A DNA stretch of 64,000 nt, taken from the IMG/VR virus record IMGVR_UViG_3300037882_004127, positions 1 through 64,000 of that record, one strand, 5' to 3'. The notes beneath the pieces were generated by a model. The model did not search any database and was not told the DNA's origin. It was given only the letters and a program-made list of their open reading frames with translations. Positions 9,370 to 19,107 of this stretch are shown piece by piece. Position 1 is the first letter of the stretch. Each line of letters opens with the position of its first letter. Origin of the DNA: a virus. The translations under genes were made by a program, and so were the position numbers.

Positions 9370-10023
9370 TTAATACTCGTGCGCGGAAGGTTTATTCACT
9401 CTGATAAAATACGATGTTTCAACAGGAAAGTCAAGTCCCGAAACGTCGCAATGATTAGTTTCCCACTGAATCAAAGAAGACTCCCCTCGTGGAATCTTAT
9501 ATTTCGGGCGAATTTCATCAATGAATGCCCACGCGCCCTTAAAATCTTTTTTCGCGCAGAATTTATGCACCTTTTTAGAATCAACTTTATTCAGGGGATA
9601 ATCCTTATATTTAACAAATCCCTCAATTTCGGGCAAGTTATCCCCGAATGGCTCTGAAAAGTTGGTTGTTGAGCCCCATAAGCCACCATTTCGTTTCACG
9701 GATAAGTAATTATCAATAATCTTCTCAACCTGATAAGCCACAAACCCATCGCCCGCCTTTTCGTTATGAACCCCCCATGAAGCACTTGTGTGTTCAGGGA
9801 AATAAAATTCGCGCGGTTTATTTTCTTGAACGGCCTGATCGACAAATTGTTTCCTGATAAAGGATTGAATGGCATCGCGGCGGTCATGATCTAAGTTAGA
9901 GCCGCCAACGAATTCTATCATGTAATCAAATTGGCCTAGTTTGCCACGGCAATACATTTCGCAAACATTTTTAATAACGGTGGCCTGCTCCTCGGTGATT
10001 AGAAGTTTTATTTTATCGCTCAT
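9370..10023 (-). CDS. hypothetical protein
   Basis: 217-aa ORF. Confidence 0.8.
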   Translation of the reverse strand: MSDKIKLLITEEQATVIKNVCEMYCRGKLGQFDYMIEFVGGSNLDHDRRDAIQSFIRKQFVDQAVQENKPREFYFPEHTSASWGVHNEKAGDGFVAYQVEKIIDNYLSVKRNGGLWGSTTNFSEPFGDNLPEIEGFVKYKDYPLNKVDSKKVHKFCAKKDFKGAWAFIDEIRPKYKIPRGESSLIQWETNHCDVSGLDFPVETSYFIRVNKPSAHEY

Positions 10024-10289
10024 TTTATTTTTAGCTGTTTTAACTCTTCAATATCTTTCAATCTCATTTTAATATCTTTTTCGCGCGTTTTAATCAGATG
10101 CCTCCTAAGCCTTTCAAAGGCGCGTTTTTTACCCATGCGGCGCGGATAATAATAGTATCCTATTCCAATAGGATTAGGTTTCGTGGGTTCTCTGTCATGA
10201 GGAATTTTCTCATTCTTGATGTCCCACTCAGACCCCTTAAAAATATTTGGGCGAATTTGAATTAAATTGTAGTACATATTATTTAACAA
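10020..10289 (-). CDS. hypothetical protein
   Basis: ATGA overlap. Confidence 0.65.
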   Translation of the reverse strand: MLNNMYYNLIQIRPNIFKGSEWDIKNEKIPHDREPTKPNPIGIGYYYYPRRMGKKRAFERLRRHLIKTREKDIKMRLKDIEELKQLKIK

Positions 10290-10436
10290 GTTCCTCTAAT
10301 TCCCGAATAACCCTTTCCAGTTCAATCGCTTCCCCATCGCACCTAATTGAACCTGCCATCGATTCAAATGCGGCCTCATCCCGCTTTTCTTCGGCGCGAA
10401 CTTTTAACAAGGCAATATACTTAAGGAGTTTATTTC

Positions 10437-10685
10437 TCATGGTTTAGGCAAGTAGTCAAATATCGGCCTGTCAAGATAGCAAGCTAAATTATCGGAAATG
10501 TCGGAGTAATCAAGATCTGTCTTAAACTCTTCCTCAATTGACAAGAAAAAATTGCAACAATCCAACTCATCCGCGCAAAAATCGCGTAAAGTTGATCGAG
10601 GGCTTAATGAGACATCCCACACGTTAAGGGTATTTTCCAAAATCTCAATTAATTTGCTAACTTGCTTTTCTGTTGGCATGGTCAT
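10437..10685 (-). CDS. acyl-carrier-protein-like, lacking the phosphopantetheine Ser
   Basis: TLRDFCADELDCCNFFLSIEEEF aligns with the ACP motif DLGADSLD..EL...LEEEF, with S replaced by E. Confidence 0.65.
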   Translation of the reverse strand: MTMPTEKQVSKLIEILENTLNVWDVSLSPRSTLRDFCADELDCCNFFLSIEEEFKTDLDYSDISDNLACYLDRPIFDYLPKP

Positions 10686-10914
10686 GAATAAATTAGTGTC
10701 CGTTTCTTTTTACTAGGACTTAATTTAACCCACTTATCAAACATTTTCCAGAATTTTCGGCCCATTTTGATTTTACTTGGCCCCCATCTTTTTTAATACG
10801 ACCCATCGGCCCGCAATAATTATGCACTTCAAATGTGATTCCGTGATACTTGTAAATGTTCGGGCAACTAATATGCGCCCAACCTTCGTTAAATTTAATG
10901 AAATGACCGGCCAT
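10682..10914 (-). pseudogene. hypothetical gene with an apparent 1-nt deletion in a G run (~10783)
   Basis: The shifted frame PSKIKMGRKFWKMFDKW... ends in an ATGA overlap with the next gene. Confidence 0.5.
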
Positions 10915-10933
10915 GTTAAACGAGATTTAAAGA

Positions 10934-11140
10934 TTAATTTCGGCCCACTTTTTTTGCTGTATCCGAATTCTCTTTTACCCATTCAATTAAATCTGAGTCA
11001 GAAAGCTCCTTAGCTAATTTATAACCAAAGTCCCAGTCTTTAAAATCTGCTAGGCCATACTTAGAATAAAGAAAATCCGCGTACACGTTGCAAATTTGAT
11101 TTCTAGTGAGTTCATTCCAAAAAATATTTTTATTTTTCAT
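10934..11140 (-). CDS. hypothetical protein
   Basis: ORF packing. Confidence 0.65.
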   Translation of the reverse strand: MKNKNIFWNELTRNQICNVYADFLYSKYGLADFKDWDFGYKLAKELSDSDLIEWVKENSDTAKKVGRN

Positions 11141-11203
11141 TTAGTATAATTCTAAATTCCCCGTGATTTTATCAATTTCGTCACTCCACCGAACCCAATC
11201 CAA

Positions 11204-11620
11204 GTGAGAGTCAGACCTTGGGAGTTAAGCTCATTCATTCAGACGTTCGCCGCGAAGAAATCAAGCTTAATTGTTGGGGTTTTGAGCTTAATTCAGGACT
11301 CTTTCTTGGGTTTGCCCTCGGATGGCGCATTTAAAGGAGAGCTTGATCAAATTCGCGAGCAAGGCAAAATAACCGAAATTAGTAATCAAGCTGTTGAGGA
11401 AAGTTATCGCAATTCAGTGATTAATTCAGCCCTGATTAAGTTATGTATCGAGAATAGAGGTGAAGCCGATATTGGTATAGCCTCGGTAAGTGCCAGACAT
11501 AAAAAAGTTTATGAGTTAATGGGATTCGAATTAATTGGTGATGAGAGATTTTATTCAAACGAGACTAAAGATCGAGTGGTTTTAATGGCGGTGGATGTTA
11601 ACCGGTTGAAATCACTTTAG
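11204..11620 (+). CDS. GNAT-fold FeeM-like N-acyl amino acid synthase domain protein
   Basis: VGVLSLIQDS.LGLPSD..F..EL, EISNQAV and H...YELMGFELIG. It may be N-terminally short. Confidence 0.65.
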   Translation: MRVRPWELSSFIQTFAAKKSSLIVGVLSLIQDSFLGLPSDGAFKGELDQIREQGKITEISNQAVEESYRNSVINSALIKLCIENRGEADIGIASVSARHKKVYELMGFELIGDERFYSNETKDRVVLMAVDVNRLKSL

Positions 11621-11827
11621 TCAGGTCGATTCGTTATAAATGTCAACCAATTTCTCATAAACGTCCGGACTCTTCTTTTTTATTAAATCCGCCGCGACAT
11701 TAATAAGTTTTAAGGCTAAATCTTTCGATTCTTTATCATTCAAAAGACCGCTTTTTAGCGTGACATTATCATCGGTGATGATTAATTCTTTATATTGGCT
11801 ATAGCCACCTGATAATTTGAAGTCCAT
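11621..11827 (-). CDS. hypothetical protein
   Basis: ORF packing. Confidence 0.7.
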   Translation of the reverse strand: MDFKLSGGYSQYKELIITDDNVTLKSGLLNDKESKDLALKLINVAADLIKKKSPDVYEKLVDIYNEST

Positions 11828-11830
11828 AAA

Positions 11831-12223
11831 TTAAAATCCCACATCAGGCTTTGTAAGCCCGTCCGGCCAAGCGTGATACATTTTATAATAGGCATCCATA
11901 TACTTCTGCGCATTCTCTTTTTCTCGTTTAACGCGCCATTCAAGCTCAGCGATTATTTTATTGGATAATTCGCCCGCGCCTTTGGCTACCTTACGCCGCG
12001 CTTCATCCAACGGACTTAAATGCTCGATCTCTCCATAACCAGATGAGCCAGAATAAACATTCTCCGTGAAACCGTCAACTATTTGATCGGCGACATGTTT
12101 AATTATGGCATCCTCGCACGATAGGGATTCAATTAGGATTAGTTTGGACTCATCTGATATTGATTGGAACAAAGCCCAAAGATCAATTTCAAGTTTACCT
12201 TTTTTGTCTATTTCTACGTTCAT
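11831..12223 (-). CDS. hypothetical protein
   Basis: ORF packing. Confidence 0.75.
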   Translation of the reverse strand: MNVEIDKKGKLEIDLWALFQSISDESKLILIESLSCEDAIIKHVADQIVDGFTENVYSGSSGYGEIEHLSPLDEARRKVAKGAGELSNKIIAELEWRVKREKENAQKYMDAYYKMYHAWPDGLTKPDVGF

Positions 12224-12225
12224 AT

Positions 12226-12534
12226 TTAAATTTCCTCAATTCGATAAAGGCTATTCTCTGTCCCAACTACAGTAACAGCGGGATCAGATTCGTCAAGACA
12301 AACAATCGGCGTTGATGTAAATTCCCCACACATTCCTCCTGGGTTGTAAAAATTTGCTAAACGTGTCACCTTAATGGGTTTGCCAATTTCCAGTTCGCCT
12401 AAGAGCCCAATCAACCAGTAACCGGTTTTAAGGGTCGCGCCCTCTAGCCCAGATTGCTTTGTAACTAAATGCAATTTAATGACATTTGGGGAATAAATTT
12501 GTCTGATTAGAGCGGCGGATTCTTTAGGTGTCAT
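12226..12534 (-). CDS. hypothetical protein
   Basis: ORF packing. Confidence 0.7.
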   Translation of the reverse strand: MTPKESAALIRQIYSPNVIKLHLVTKQSGLEGATLKTGYWLIGLLGELEIGKPIKVTRLANFYNPGGMCGEFTSTPIVCLDESDPAVTVVGTENSLYRIEEI

Positions 12535-12560
12535 TTAATAATTAATTGTTAAAGTAAAAT

Positions 12561-13553
12561 TTATTTGAGGGAATCGTATTTTTTTGAAATAATCTTAAAG
12601 CTATCAGTTGAATGGTTCACTACAACTCCCTCAAATGGTCTGCCGTTAATCTCCGTAATTAAATGATCATACTTATCAATTAATTTTTGGGTTAAAATAA
12701 CATCATACTCAAGAATGGGAACAGTCGGTAGATTTAATTCTGCGCATAATTTAGTGAAATATAACGGATGACTCTTTCGCGCGTACTTCTTTTCGTCGAT
12801 TAAATAAACCGAGAAGAATCCAATGTTAAGGGGTAGCCCAGCATGGGGGTTATGATTAAAATGCTGAATTTTTTGGCCATAAGATTCGCCGCGCAAGCAT
12901 AACGAGATATTATTTTCAACACAATATTTCTCTAACTTGGCCAAAACATTATAATTCTTATCTTGCCGCGAATAGTTATTTTCAACCCCTTCTTTAAAGC
13001 AAAGGGTGCGGCCCAATATGCCTTTGTCAATTACTGAACCATTCTCAACCTTAACAAAATAACTTGCACTTTGTCCGTCTATTTTAAGAGTAACATCAAC
13101 CAATTCGCCGAAAGGTAAATATTTTTTAATAGATTGGTACCTTGATTCGTCAGTTTTTGGGATACCAAACGGAAGCACGCCGCGCGCACTATTATCGTTC
13201 GGCGCAGGTGGCTCAAATTTAATAACACCAACGACTTCAGTTAAATCGTCACCCTCTTTATATTGATTCGGGTCAAGTTCTAAATTGGCAAAACTTTCAA
13301 TGACTCCGAAAGACCATTCGCCGCGCAATTTAATTGCTTTAATTCGGCTTGATTTAGATTTGTAAAAAGCAGTCCATGGTTTATCTGGTAAAACACTATC
13401 AGGTTCGATAAACACGATCTTGTCGCCAACCTTATATTGACCTAATTTGGTAATGACCTCGTAACCCAAAACCGTGCAGATATCTAAACTGTCGGCATTT
13501 GGGTGTTTTATTACATTTAAAATGATTTCGCAAGATACTAATTTATTACTCAT
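12561..13553 (-). CDS. RNA ligase, DRB0094/Rnl5 family
   Basis: N-terminal HPNADSL OB domain, motif I KIDGQS, FEGVV and FKIIS. Confidence 0.9.
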   Translation of the reverse strand: MSNKLVSCEIILNVIKHPNADSLDICTVLGYEVITKLGQYKVGDKIVFIEPDSVLPDKPWTAFYKSKSSRIKAIKLRGEWSFGVIESFANLELDPNQYKEGDDLTEVVGVIKFEPPAPNDNSARGVLPFGIPKTDESRYQSIKKYLPFGELVDVTLKIDGQSASYFVKVENGSVIDKGILGRTLCFKEGVENNYSRQDKNYNVLAKLEKYCVENNISLCLRGESYGQKIQHFNHNPHAGLPLNIGFFSVYLIDEKKYARKSHPLYFTKLCAELNLPTVPILEYDVILTQKLIDKYDHLITEINGRPFEGVVVNHSTDSFKIISKKYDSLK

Positions 13554-13586
13554 AAGATCCGATAAAAGTTTATTTCGCGCGAAAAG

Positions 13587-13850
13587 TCAAGTTGTTTTAA
13601 TAGCTTTTCTAAAAAATGCCCAGTTTAACATTTCTTGTTCAAACCCAACTATATATACGCTTACCCAGCTTGAATTTACGCGCAACTTATGGATAGTATA
13701 CTCCTGCCCAACGGTTAGGTTAGCATCACAAAAAGTGCGCATTTTAGGAAATTGCGGATAATAAAACTGGGGGACACCAATAAATGTTACCTTATCCCCA
13801 ACTTCGGGCCAAATAGGCTGGTTATTCATTTTTAAATATATTTCCAACAA
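13587..13850 (-). CDS. hypothetical protein
   Basis: ORF packing. Confidence 0.65.
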   Translation of the reverse strand: MLEIYLKMNNQPIWPEVGDKVTFIGVPQFYYPQFPKMRTFCDANLTVGQEYTIHKLRVNSSWVSVYIVGFEQEMLNWAFFRKAIKTT

Positions 13851-14274
13851 CCTTACAATTTACGAAATTTTTGGCAAGAAATAAATTCCTAAATCCATCT
13901 TCAAGGTTAATTGTCACAAACCCGCAATAATCGCGCTCTTTACACCATTCAATTTTGAATTTTACCGGGTAAACAACGTTCTCCAGTATATCGCCCTCAA
14001 AAATATCTTGCCCGTCCATATCTTTTAGCCCGGTAAACTGTTGAACTACATATCTTTTCTGCGCAAACCATGGTAGATTATCTGGATAAGTGAGGGCCGA
14101 TTGCTTTTCAAATAAGGGTTTATCCTCCCTGTCTGGAAATCCCGCGTCAAATTTTGTCACTAAACCATTCAGGCCGATAAAGGTTTCTGTGAACGCGTGA
14201 GTTCCGCTGACTAACTCCTCAACCCATTGATTAAGGGCGCGGTCCCAAATGCGGAATTTAAATCGGTTAGTCAT
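13822..14274 (-). CDS. YopX-family protein
   Basis: FKFRIWD, QFTGLKD.DG..IFEGDI and VVGNIF. Confidence 0.88.
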   Translation of the reverse strand: MTNRFKFRIWDRALNQWVEELVSGTHAFTETFIGLNGLVTKFDAGFPDREDKPLFEKQSALTYPDNLPWFAQKRYVVQQFTGLKDMDGQDIFEGDILENVVYPVKFKIEWCKERDYCGFVTINLEDGFRNLFLAKNFVNCKVVGNIFKNE

Positions 14275-14275
14275 T

Positions 14276-15256
14276 TTAATACTCCTTAATAAATTCTTTC
14301 ACGCTAACATAGTCCTTGTAAATATCCTCGTTAGCCATTCCAAATATATTATCATAACTGTATTTTCCACTGCGAAACACCCTCCCATCACCATCCCAAT
14401 TCTCACCGATACAAGAACTAATTTCATCATAAATTAATTGATCCGCCTCCGTTTCAATGTTAAATCCACTTAAACCGGATTCCGCATAAGAATAACCATC
14501 ATTCCAATCTTCGCGGTTCTTCAATAAGTAATGAGCCAACCGCAAATATTTATCCTTCTCTAAAATAACATCCAAAATTTCACGCGCATTGGGAATACCA
14601 TTTTCAACGGGAATATCATACTTTTTGACCAGTCCAATAATCACCTTATTTTCTTTCTTTTTGCTTTGTTCCTCATCTTTCTTTTTTTGAATTTCAAGGT
14701 CAGCTAGCCGCTTTTTCTCCGCGCGCTCCTTAATTGTCCGTTCAATTGAATCCCAATCTGGCATGGAGGGTTGGTAGGTTTTGCATTGCGCCTCAATTTC
14801 ACGAATAAAATCAGCCCTAATTTGGGGCTTAAACATTTTGCGCGACTTGGAATCCGTCACGGTCTGCTTGATTCCCATTGTAGTCATCAAATCGGCCAAC
14901 TTTTTAAAGCAGGCTGAATTCTGCGCGGCAATTACTTTATTTTCTTCATGAGTCGCGGCATCTTGGGTCTTCATCGCGGCGATTTCCTCGCGGGTCGTCT
15001 TTAATTCCATGTCGTCGCCCTTGAATCCATATCGGCCATCTGGTTTAGACCAAGTGAACTCAAAAGTATCGCGCAAATAAGGTTTGAATGGCTGAATTTT
15101 CCAGTTTTGTTCCGCTAAATCTTTGTATTTTGTAACTTCGGCCTGAGCTTCGTTTAGGCTATCAATCATGTATTCAATGGCTAATTTCGCCTTATATGGG
15201 TATTTAGTTTCGTCGTAAGTTTTCATAAATTTATCCTCTAATTGTTGCGTACCCAT
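14276..15256 (-). CDS. hypothetical phage protein
   Basis: 326-aa ORF. Confidence 0.8.
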   Translation of the reverse strand: MGTQQLEDKFMKTYDETKYPYKAKLAIEYMIDSLNEAQAEVTKYKDLAEQNWKIQPFKPYLRDTFEFTWSKPDGRYGFKGDDMELKTTREEIAAMKTQDAATHEENKVIAAQNSACFKKLADLMTTMGIKQTVTDSKSRKMFKPQIRADFIREIEAQCKTYQPSMPDWDSIERTIKERAEKKRLADLEIQKKKDEEQSKKKENKVIIGLVKKYDIPVENGIPNAREILDVILEKDKYLRLAHYLLKNREDWNDGYSYAESGLSGFNIETEADQLIYDEISSCIGENWDGDGRVFRSGKYSYDNIFGMANEDIYKDYVSVKEFIKEY

Positions 15257-15551
15257 CTCCTTCTAATGTTACATCAGATGGTTCACAATTATTTCTTCTA
15301 CAAATATTTTTAATAAAATCATTTTGAACCTGTTCTCTTTCTCTCTCAACTTTCTTTACCTTGTCCTCCAAATCCCTTTTCACGACTTCCAATGGATGGG
15401 GAATACATTCTTGGCCGGTGGCTTCCCATTCCATATCAGCAATTCCTATGATTGCGTCAATAAATTCACATTCTCGTTCTTTTGGTAGTTTAATTTCAAA
15501 CTCACTTAAGACTTCTTCCAAACAATCTGTCCAGTATTTTTGAGATGCCAT
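15231..15551 (-). CDS. hypothetical protein
   Basis: ORF packing. Confidence 0.75.
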   Translation of the reverse strand: MASQKYWTDCLEEVLSEFEIKLPKERECEFIDAIIGIADMEWEATGQECIPHPLEVVKRDLEDKVKKVEREREQVQNDFIKNICRRNNCEPSDVTLEGDGYATIRG

Positions 15552-15556
15552 GTTGA

Positions 15557-15865
15557 TTAACGTTTAATATACAATCCATTCACGAATCTCTTGTCAACGA
15601 ATTTCTCTGATTTTTCTGTCCACCACGTAGGAATCTTTTCCAGACTTGGCCACCGCGCAAATTCAATCTTATCCAGAATGTAAAACCTTTGGTAAGCTTT
15701 GACTGTATCAGGCTCTTCACGGTCAAGCTGCTCTTTAAATGAACTAAAACAACGCGCGAATGGGGTTAAGCCACCATTAGGGAAACTTATGGACCGATAA
15801 TTATTCAATATCCAATTTAAATGCTGCGCCGCGCTTGTTTGTGGAACGCCCGAATCTGTGACCAA
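15557..15865 (-). CDS. hypothetical protein or gene remnant
   Basis: Open frame with an uncertain start, overlapping the truncated MTase. Confidence 0.45.
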   Translation of the reverse strand: MVTDSGVPQTSAAQHLNWILNNYRSISFPNGGLTPFARCFSSFKEQLDREEPDTVKAYQRFYILDKIEFARWPSLEKIPTWWTEKSEKFVDKRFVNGLYIKR

Positions 15866-16116
15866 GGAAAATTTCCGATAGAAAAGTCGTAATGAAAATT
15901 AGTTCCATTCGTATATTCAAAAAAATCAATACCTTCGTCAATTTCACACCACGCGCTAACACAATGATCGGGGAAATTATTATAGAAGGCCCCCTTCCCA
16001 CGACATGGGTCTAATATGGAACCGTAAGGTTTAAAATGTTGAATGATGGCTTTGGCTAAATAATCGGGCGTAAATACCTTATCATTTCCGTTACGAGGAA
16101 CTAGAGGATTGCTCAT
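15817..16116 (-). pseudogene. DNA adenine methyltransferase, apparently C-terminally truncated
   Basis: DKVFTP, ILDPCRGKGAF and the NPPW-like GNFPW; the ORF stops about 14 aa later. Confidence 0.65.
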
Positions 16117-17072
16117 TTTGTGCCTTTAATTTCTTCCCAAGTTTGTTTAATTACATTTTCAAGTGACATAAAGGGCTCTTTATAGCCAAATTCCTCAACT
16201 AATTTTCGATTATCACTCTGCGTAAAATACTGGTATTGATTTTTAATCGCATCGGGTAATGGCATAAATTCAATCAAATCTTTATTTAGCCCGCGCGTTT
16301 CGAGCACACAATCGGCAATGTCCAACCAAGTCCGCGCCTTTCCGCTACCTAAATTCACGATTCCCGAAAGTTCCATTTCTAATTCGGCGATATAAATAAG
16401 AACCGCGCAAACATCCCAGACCGAGACGAAATCCCTCGATTGAAAACCCGATTTAATTTCAGGCCGCAAACTTTCAAACAATTTAATTTTATTCTCCGGG
16501 GTAATATCTTGGGTTAGCCAGCGATAAACCACAGAACTCATATCTCCCTTAAACCTTTCGCGCGCGCCACCGAAAACATTGAAAAACCTCGCGCTCACTG
16601 TTCGCGGGCAATTTCTCTCAATAATATACTGGTCAACAGATAATTTCGAGTAGGCGTAAAAGGATTGTGGTTTTAAATCGTAAACTCGTTCGGTAAAGTC
16701 TTTTTCTTCGGAACCATAGACCGAGGCGCTACCCGCGAAAATGAATTTAACCTTATTCTTGTTGGCTTCCTTAATCAGGTTAACCGAATATTCATAATTT
16801 TGCGCCCAAACTTCGGGGGAGTTTTCAGCCTTAGTACTGCTGTTCCCGCCCATATGGAAAATAACATCACAATATTTGATATGATTTGTAACTTCGTGGG
16901 GCTCTAAAATTGGTCGATTAAAACGTAAGCCGACAATATTTTGCCATTTTTTTGTCCAATTATAGTCGCTTACATAAATGTTATAATGGCCCTTATCGTT
17001 TAAAGCCTTAATTAAGGAGGCTCCTATAAAACCCATACAACCTGTTATTAAAAATACTGGTGACTTGTTCAT
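16113..17072 (-). CDS. hldD: ADP-L-glycero-D-manno-heptose 6-epimerase-like extended SDR
   Basis: TGCMGFIG, SASVYG, YAYSK, RFFNVFG.RE..KG.M.S, RDFV and YQYFTQ are HldD-type motifs. Confidence 0.85.
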   Translation of the reverse strand: MNKSPVFLITGCMGFIGASLIKALNDKGHYNIYVSDYNWTKKWQNIVGLRFNRPILEPHEVTNHIKYCDVIFHMGGNSSTKAENSPEVWAQNYEYSVNLIKEANKNKVKFIFAGSASVYGSEEKDFTERVYDLKPQSFYAYSKLSVDQYIIERNCPRTVSARFFNVFGGARERFKGDMSSVVYRWLTQDITPENKIKLFESLRPEIKSGFQSRDFVSVWDVCAVLIYIAELEMELSGIVNLGSGKARTWLDIADCVLETRGLNKDLIEFMPLPDAIKNQYQYFTQSDNRKLVEEFGYKEPFMSLENVIKQTWEEIKGTK

Positions 17073-17500
17073 TTATTTAAATTTTGAATTATTTGTGAGG
17101 TTGAAATTCCGGGCAGTCTTTCAATAATCACTGTTCGCCCGCCCCATTGCTTAATCTCTTGCGCACCAATGATTTGCGATTCATTATAATCCGAACCTGT
17201 GATGAGAAAATCAGGTTTAACCATCATTATCAAATCAATAGGATTGCAATAAAAACCATGAACCTCATTGACTAAACGTGATTCATAAAGAGCGCGTCGC
17301 CTTTTAAGCCAAGAACTAAGTGGTTGTCGTTTTTTATAATCTATAATGTAGCCGTCTGAATTTAGTCCGATAATCACTTGACCAGTCGGGCCAACTAATT
17401 TGCGCATTTCATTTAATAGAAAGAGGTGGCCTGAATGAGGAAGATTATCGGGGGTTGAATCAAAAACTCCGGCGCAAAACGCTGTTTGAATTTTATTCAT
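17069..17500 (-). CDS. heptose-1-phosphate adenylyltransferase (HldC / RfaE domain II-like)
   Basis: GVFD...HSGH (HIGH-like), GLNSD, GSDY and LPGISTS. Confidence 0.85.
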   Translation of the reverse strand: MNKIQTAFCAGVFDSTPDNLPHSGHLFLLNEMRKLVGPTGQVIIGLNSDGYIIDYKKRQPLSSWLKRRRALYESRLVNEVHGFYCNPIDLIMMVKPDFLITGSDYNESQIIGAQEIKQWGGRTVIIERLPGISTSQIIQNLNK

Positions 17501-18263
17501 ATTTTTTCCATCCCTTATATTCAGAAAGTCGATTTTTATTTAAAAGTCTCATTGAGCCAGACGATAATTCATTATCTCTACAAAATTTTTCTAGATTAAA
17601 TATCTCTCTTTTGTTTCCGTCTGGGTCAAAAAAATAGTAGGTCTTTGGTCCTATTTTCACTCCCTTTTTACCCCACATTGGATTTTTCTCTCCGATCCTA
17701 GCTTCGCTCATTTTTAATTTTGTTTCATCAGGCAACTTTCTATCTCTTTGGAAATCCCTCATCTTAAATTTGGCTTTTAAGTCATGATTTTTCCCATAAA
17801 AATGATTATCCTCCCCCATTGAAATACTCCTCAGATATGCTTTCTGCTCTTCTGACAAAGGGCCTCTTTTATGCCCTAGTATGCTCCCAGCGGTTGGCAA
17901 TATGTTAAAAGCTTCCTTGTTGGCAGCTATTCCATAATAATCAATATATTTCTGTTCCGCGCGAAGTAAATCTTCTTTTGTCTTTTCCGTCTCTTCTAGT
18001 CCAAGAAAAACTAAATTTTCTGCTCCATATTTTTTTAAATAATGCAAGAGAGGCAAATTGGGGTGAGAATCAAGCTCTAAAGAGGATTGATGTTTATAGT
18101 ATCTTCCTTCAACATCTTTAGAGGAGCCTACGTAAATAGGAGTTTCAAAACTTTTTGTTTGAACTAAACCCGAAAAAGCATAAACACCAATATAATTCAT
18201 GCCGCTCTGAAAAGCATTGTAGTTCCCCGACATCAGAACGATTGGATTGCACCCGCTAATCAT
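17493..18263 (-). CDS. GIY-YIG homing endonuclease with NUMOD3 repeats
   Basis: GVY...YVGSS, R..KH and EQKYID; NUMOD3-like HFYGKNH and NPMWGK. The start at 18263 is inferred from the ATGA overlap. Confidence 0.88.
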   Translation of the reverse strand: MISGCNPIVLMSGNYNAFQSGMNYIGVYAFSGLVQTKSFETPIYVGSSKDVEGRYYKHQSSLELDSHPNLPLLHYLKKYGAENLVFLGLEETEKTKEDLLRAEQKYIDYYGIAANKEAFNILPTAGSILGHKRGPLSEEQKAYLRSISMGEDNHFYGKNHDLKAKFKMRDFQRDRKLPDETKLKMSEARIGEKNPMWGKKGVKIGPKTYYFFDPDGNKREIFNLEKFCRDNELSSGSMRLLNKNRLSEYKGWKKYE

Positions 18264-18433
18264 TTTACCAACCATTTCAAGTCGTTTTCTTTAATTAGGA
18301 TTTTTCGTTCAGAGATTTTATAAGTCTTTAGCTTGCCGGATTTTACCCACCTGTGGAGCGTCATAAGGGAAATATCAAGAAATCGGGTAGATTCTTTGAG
18401 CGTTAAATAATTTTCATTGTCTATTGTTATCAT
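18260..18433 (-). CDS. excisionase-like HTH DNA-binding protein (57 aa, absent from the ORF track)
   Basis: MITIDNENYLTLKESTRFLDISLMTLHRWVKSGKLKTYKISERKILIKKNDLKWLVK; ATGA-coupled to the GIY-YIG gene. Confidence 0.8.
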   Translation of the reverse strand: MITIDNENYLTLKESTRFLDISLMTLHRWVKSGKLKTYKISERKILIKENDLKWLVK

Positions 18434-18475
18434 AAGTTAATTAGGGATACACTAGATTGTAATGAAATTATAAAT

Positions 18476-18862
18476 TCATTTTTGGCTAGCCCCTTTGCCT
18501 ATCCGGTATGAATCAAATTCATGGTGTTTTGAAGACGCTTCGAGTATGGTCGCCGATGTTTTCGCCGTTAATTTATGTGGGTTTCCCGCTGGAATGTGGA
18601 TAATATCACCCGAACGTAATTCCTTCTTGAGTAAGTCCGCATTCGCTAAATCATAATACTCCATAAGTAGTTCACCATCAAGTACATACCACGTTTCTTC
18701 CTTGAGAAAATGCTGGTGGAAACTAAAATCCTTCCCAGCATCGAAACGTAAGATTTTCAGGCAGTATTTTTCAAAGTTTTTGACCCAGTATTCCGAGCCC
18801 CAAGATTTAATGTGAAGTTCACCCGCTGGAAAACTGATTGGTTCTATTGGTTTAATGTCCAT
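18476..18862 (-). CDS. cupin sugar isomerase-like protein
   Basis: WGSEYW, FSFHQHFLKEETWYV and IPAGNPH. Confidence 0.85.
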   Translation of the reverse strand: MDIKPIEPISFPAGELHIKSWGSEYWVKNFEKYCLKILRFDAGKDFSFHQHFLKEETWYVLDGELLMEYYDLANADLLKKELRSGDIIHIPAGNPHKLTAKTSATILEASSKHHEFDSYRIGKGASQK

Positions 18863-18864
18863 GT

Positions 18865-19107
18865 TTAAGTTAGTTTATATGCAATAACCGGTTTAACCCG
18901 CAAGAATAATCCCGAGCCAATTTCGCCCGAACCATAAATCGGTTCAAGCTTTTTCGTTTTAACCGCGCGATTAAAACATTCTGAGTTAACAAATTGATCT
19001 AAACCTATATGCTCCTTAATTGCACGCCGCTCTGCTTGGCCGCCCTCTGATTCAACAAAAGCAATTATTTTTTCGCGCATTTCTTTAATTTGATTATTCT
19101 GTTTCAT
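18865..19107 (-). CDS. hypothetical protein
   Basis: ORF packing. Confidence 0.65.
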   Translation of the reverse strand: MKQNNQIKEMREKIIAFVESEGGQAERRAIKEHIGLDQFVNSECFNRAVKTKKLEPIYGSGEIGSGLFLRVKPVIAYKLT

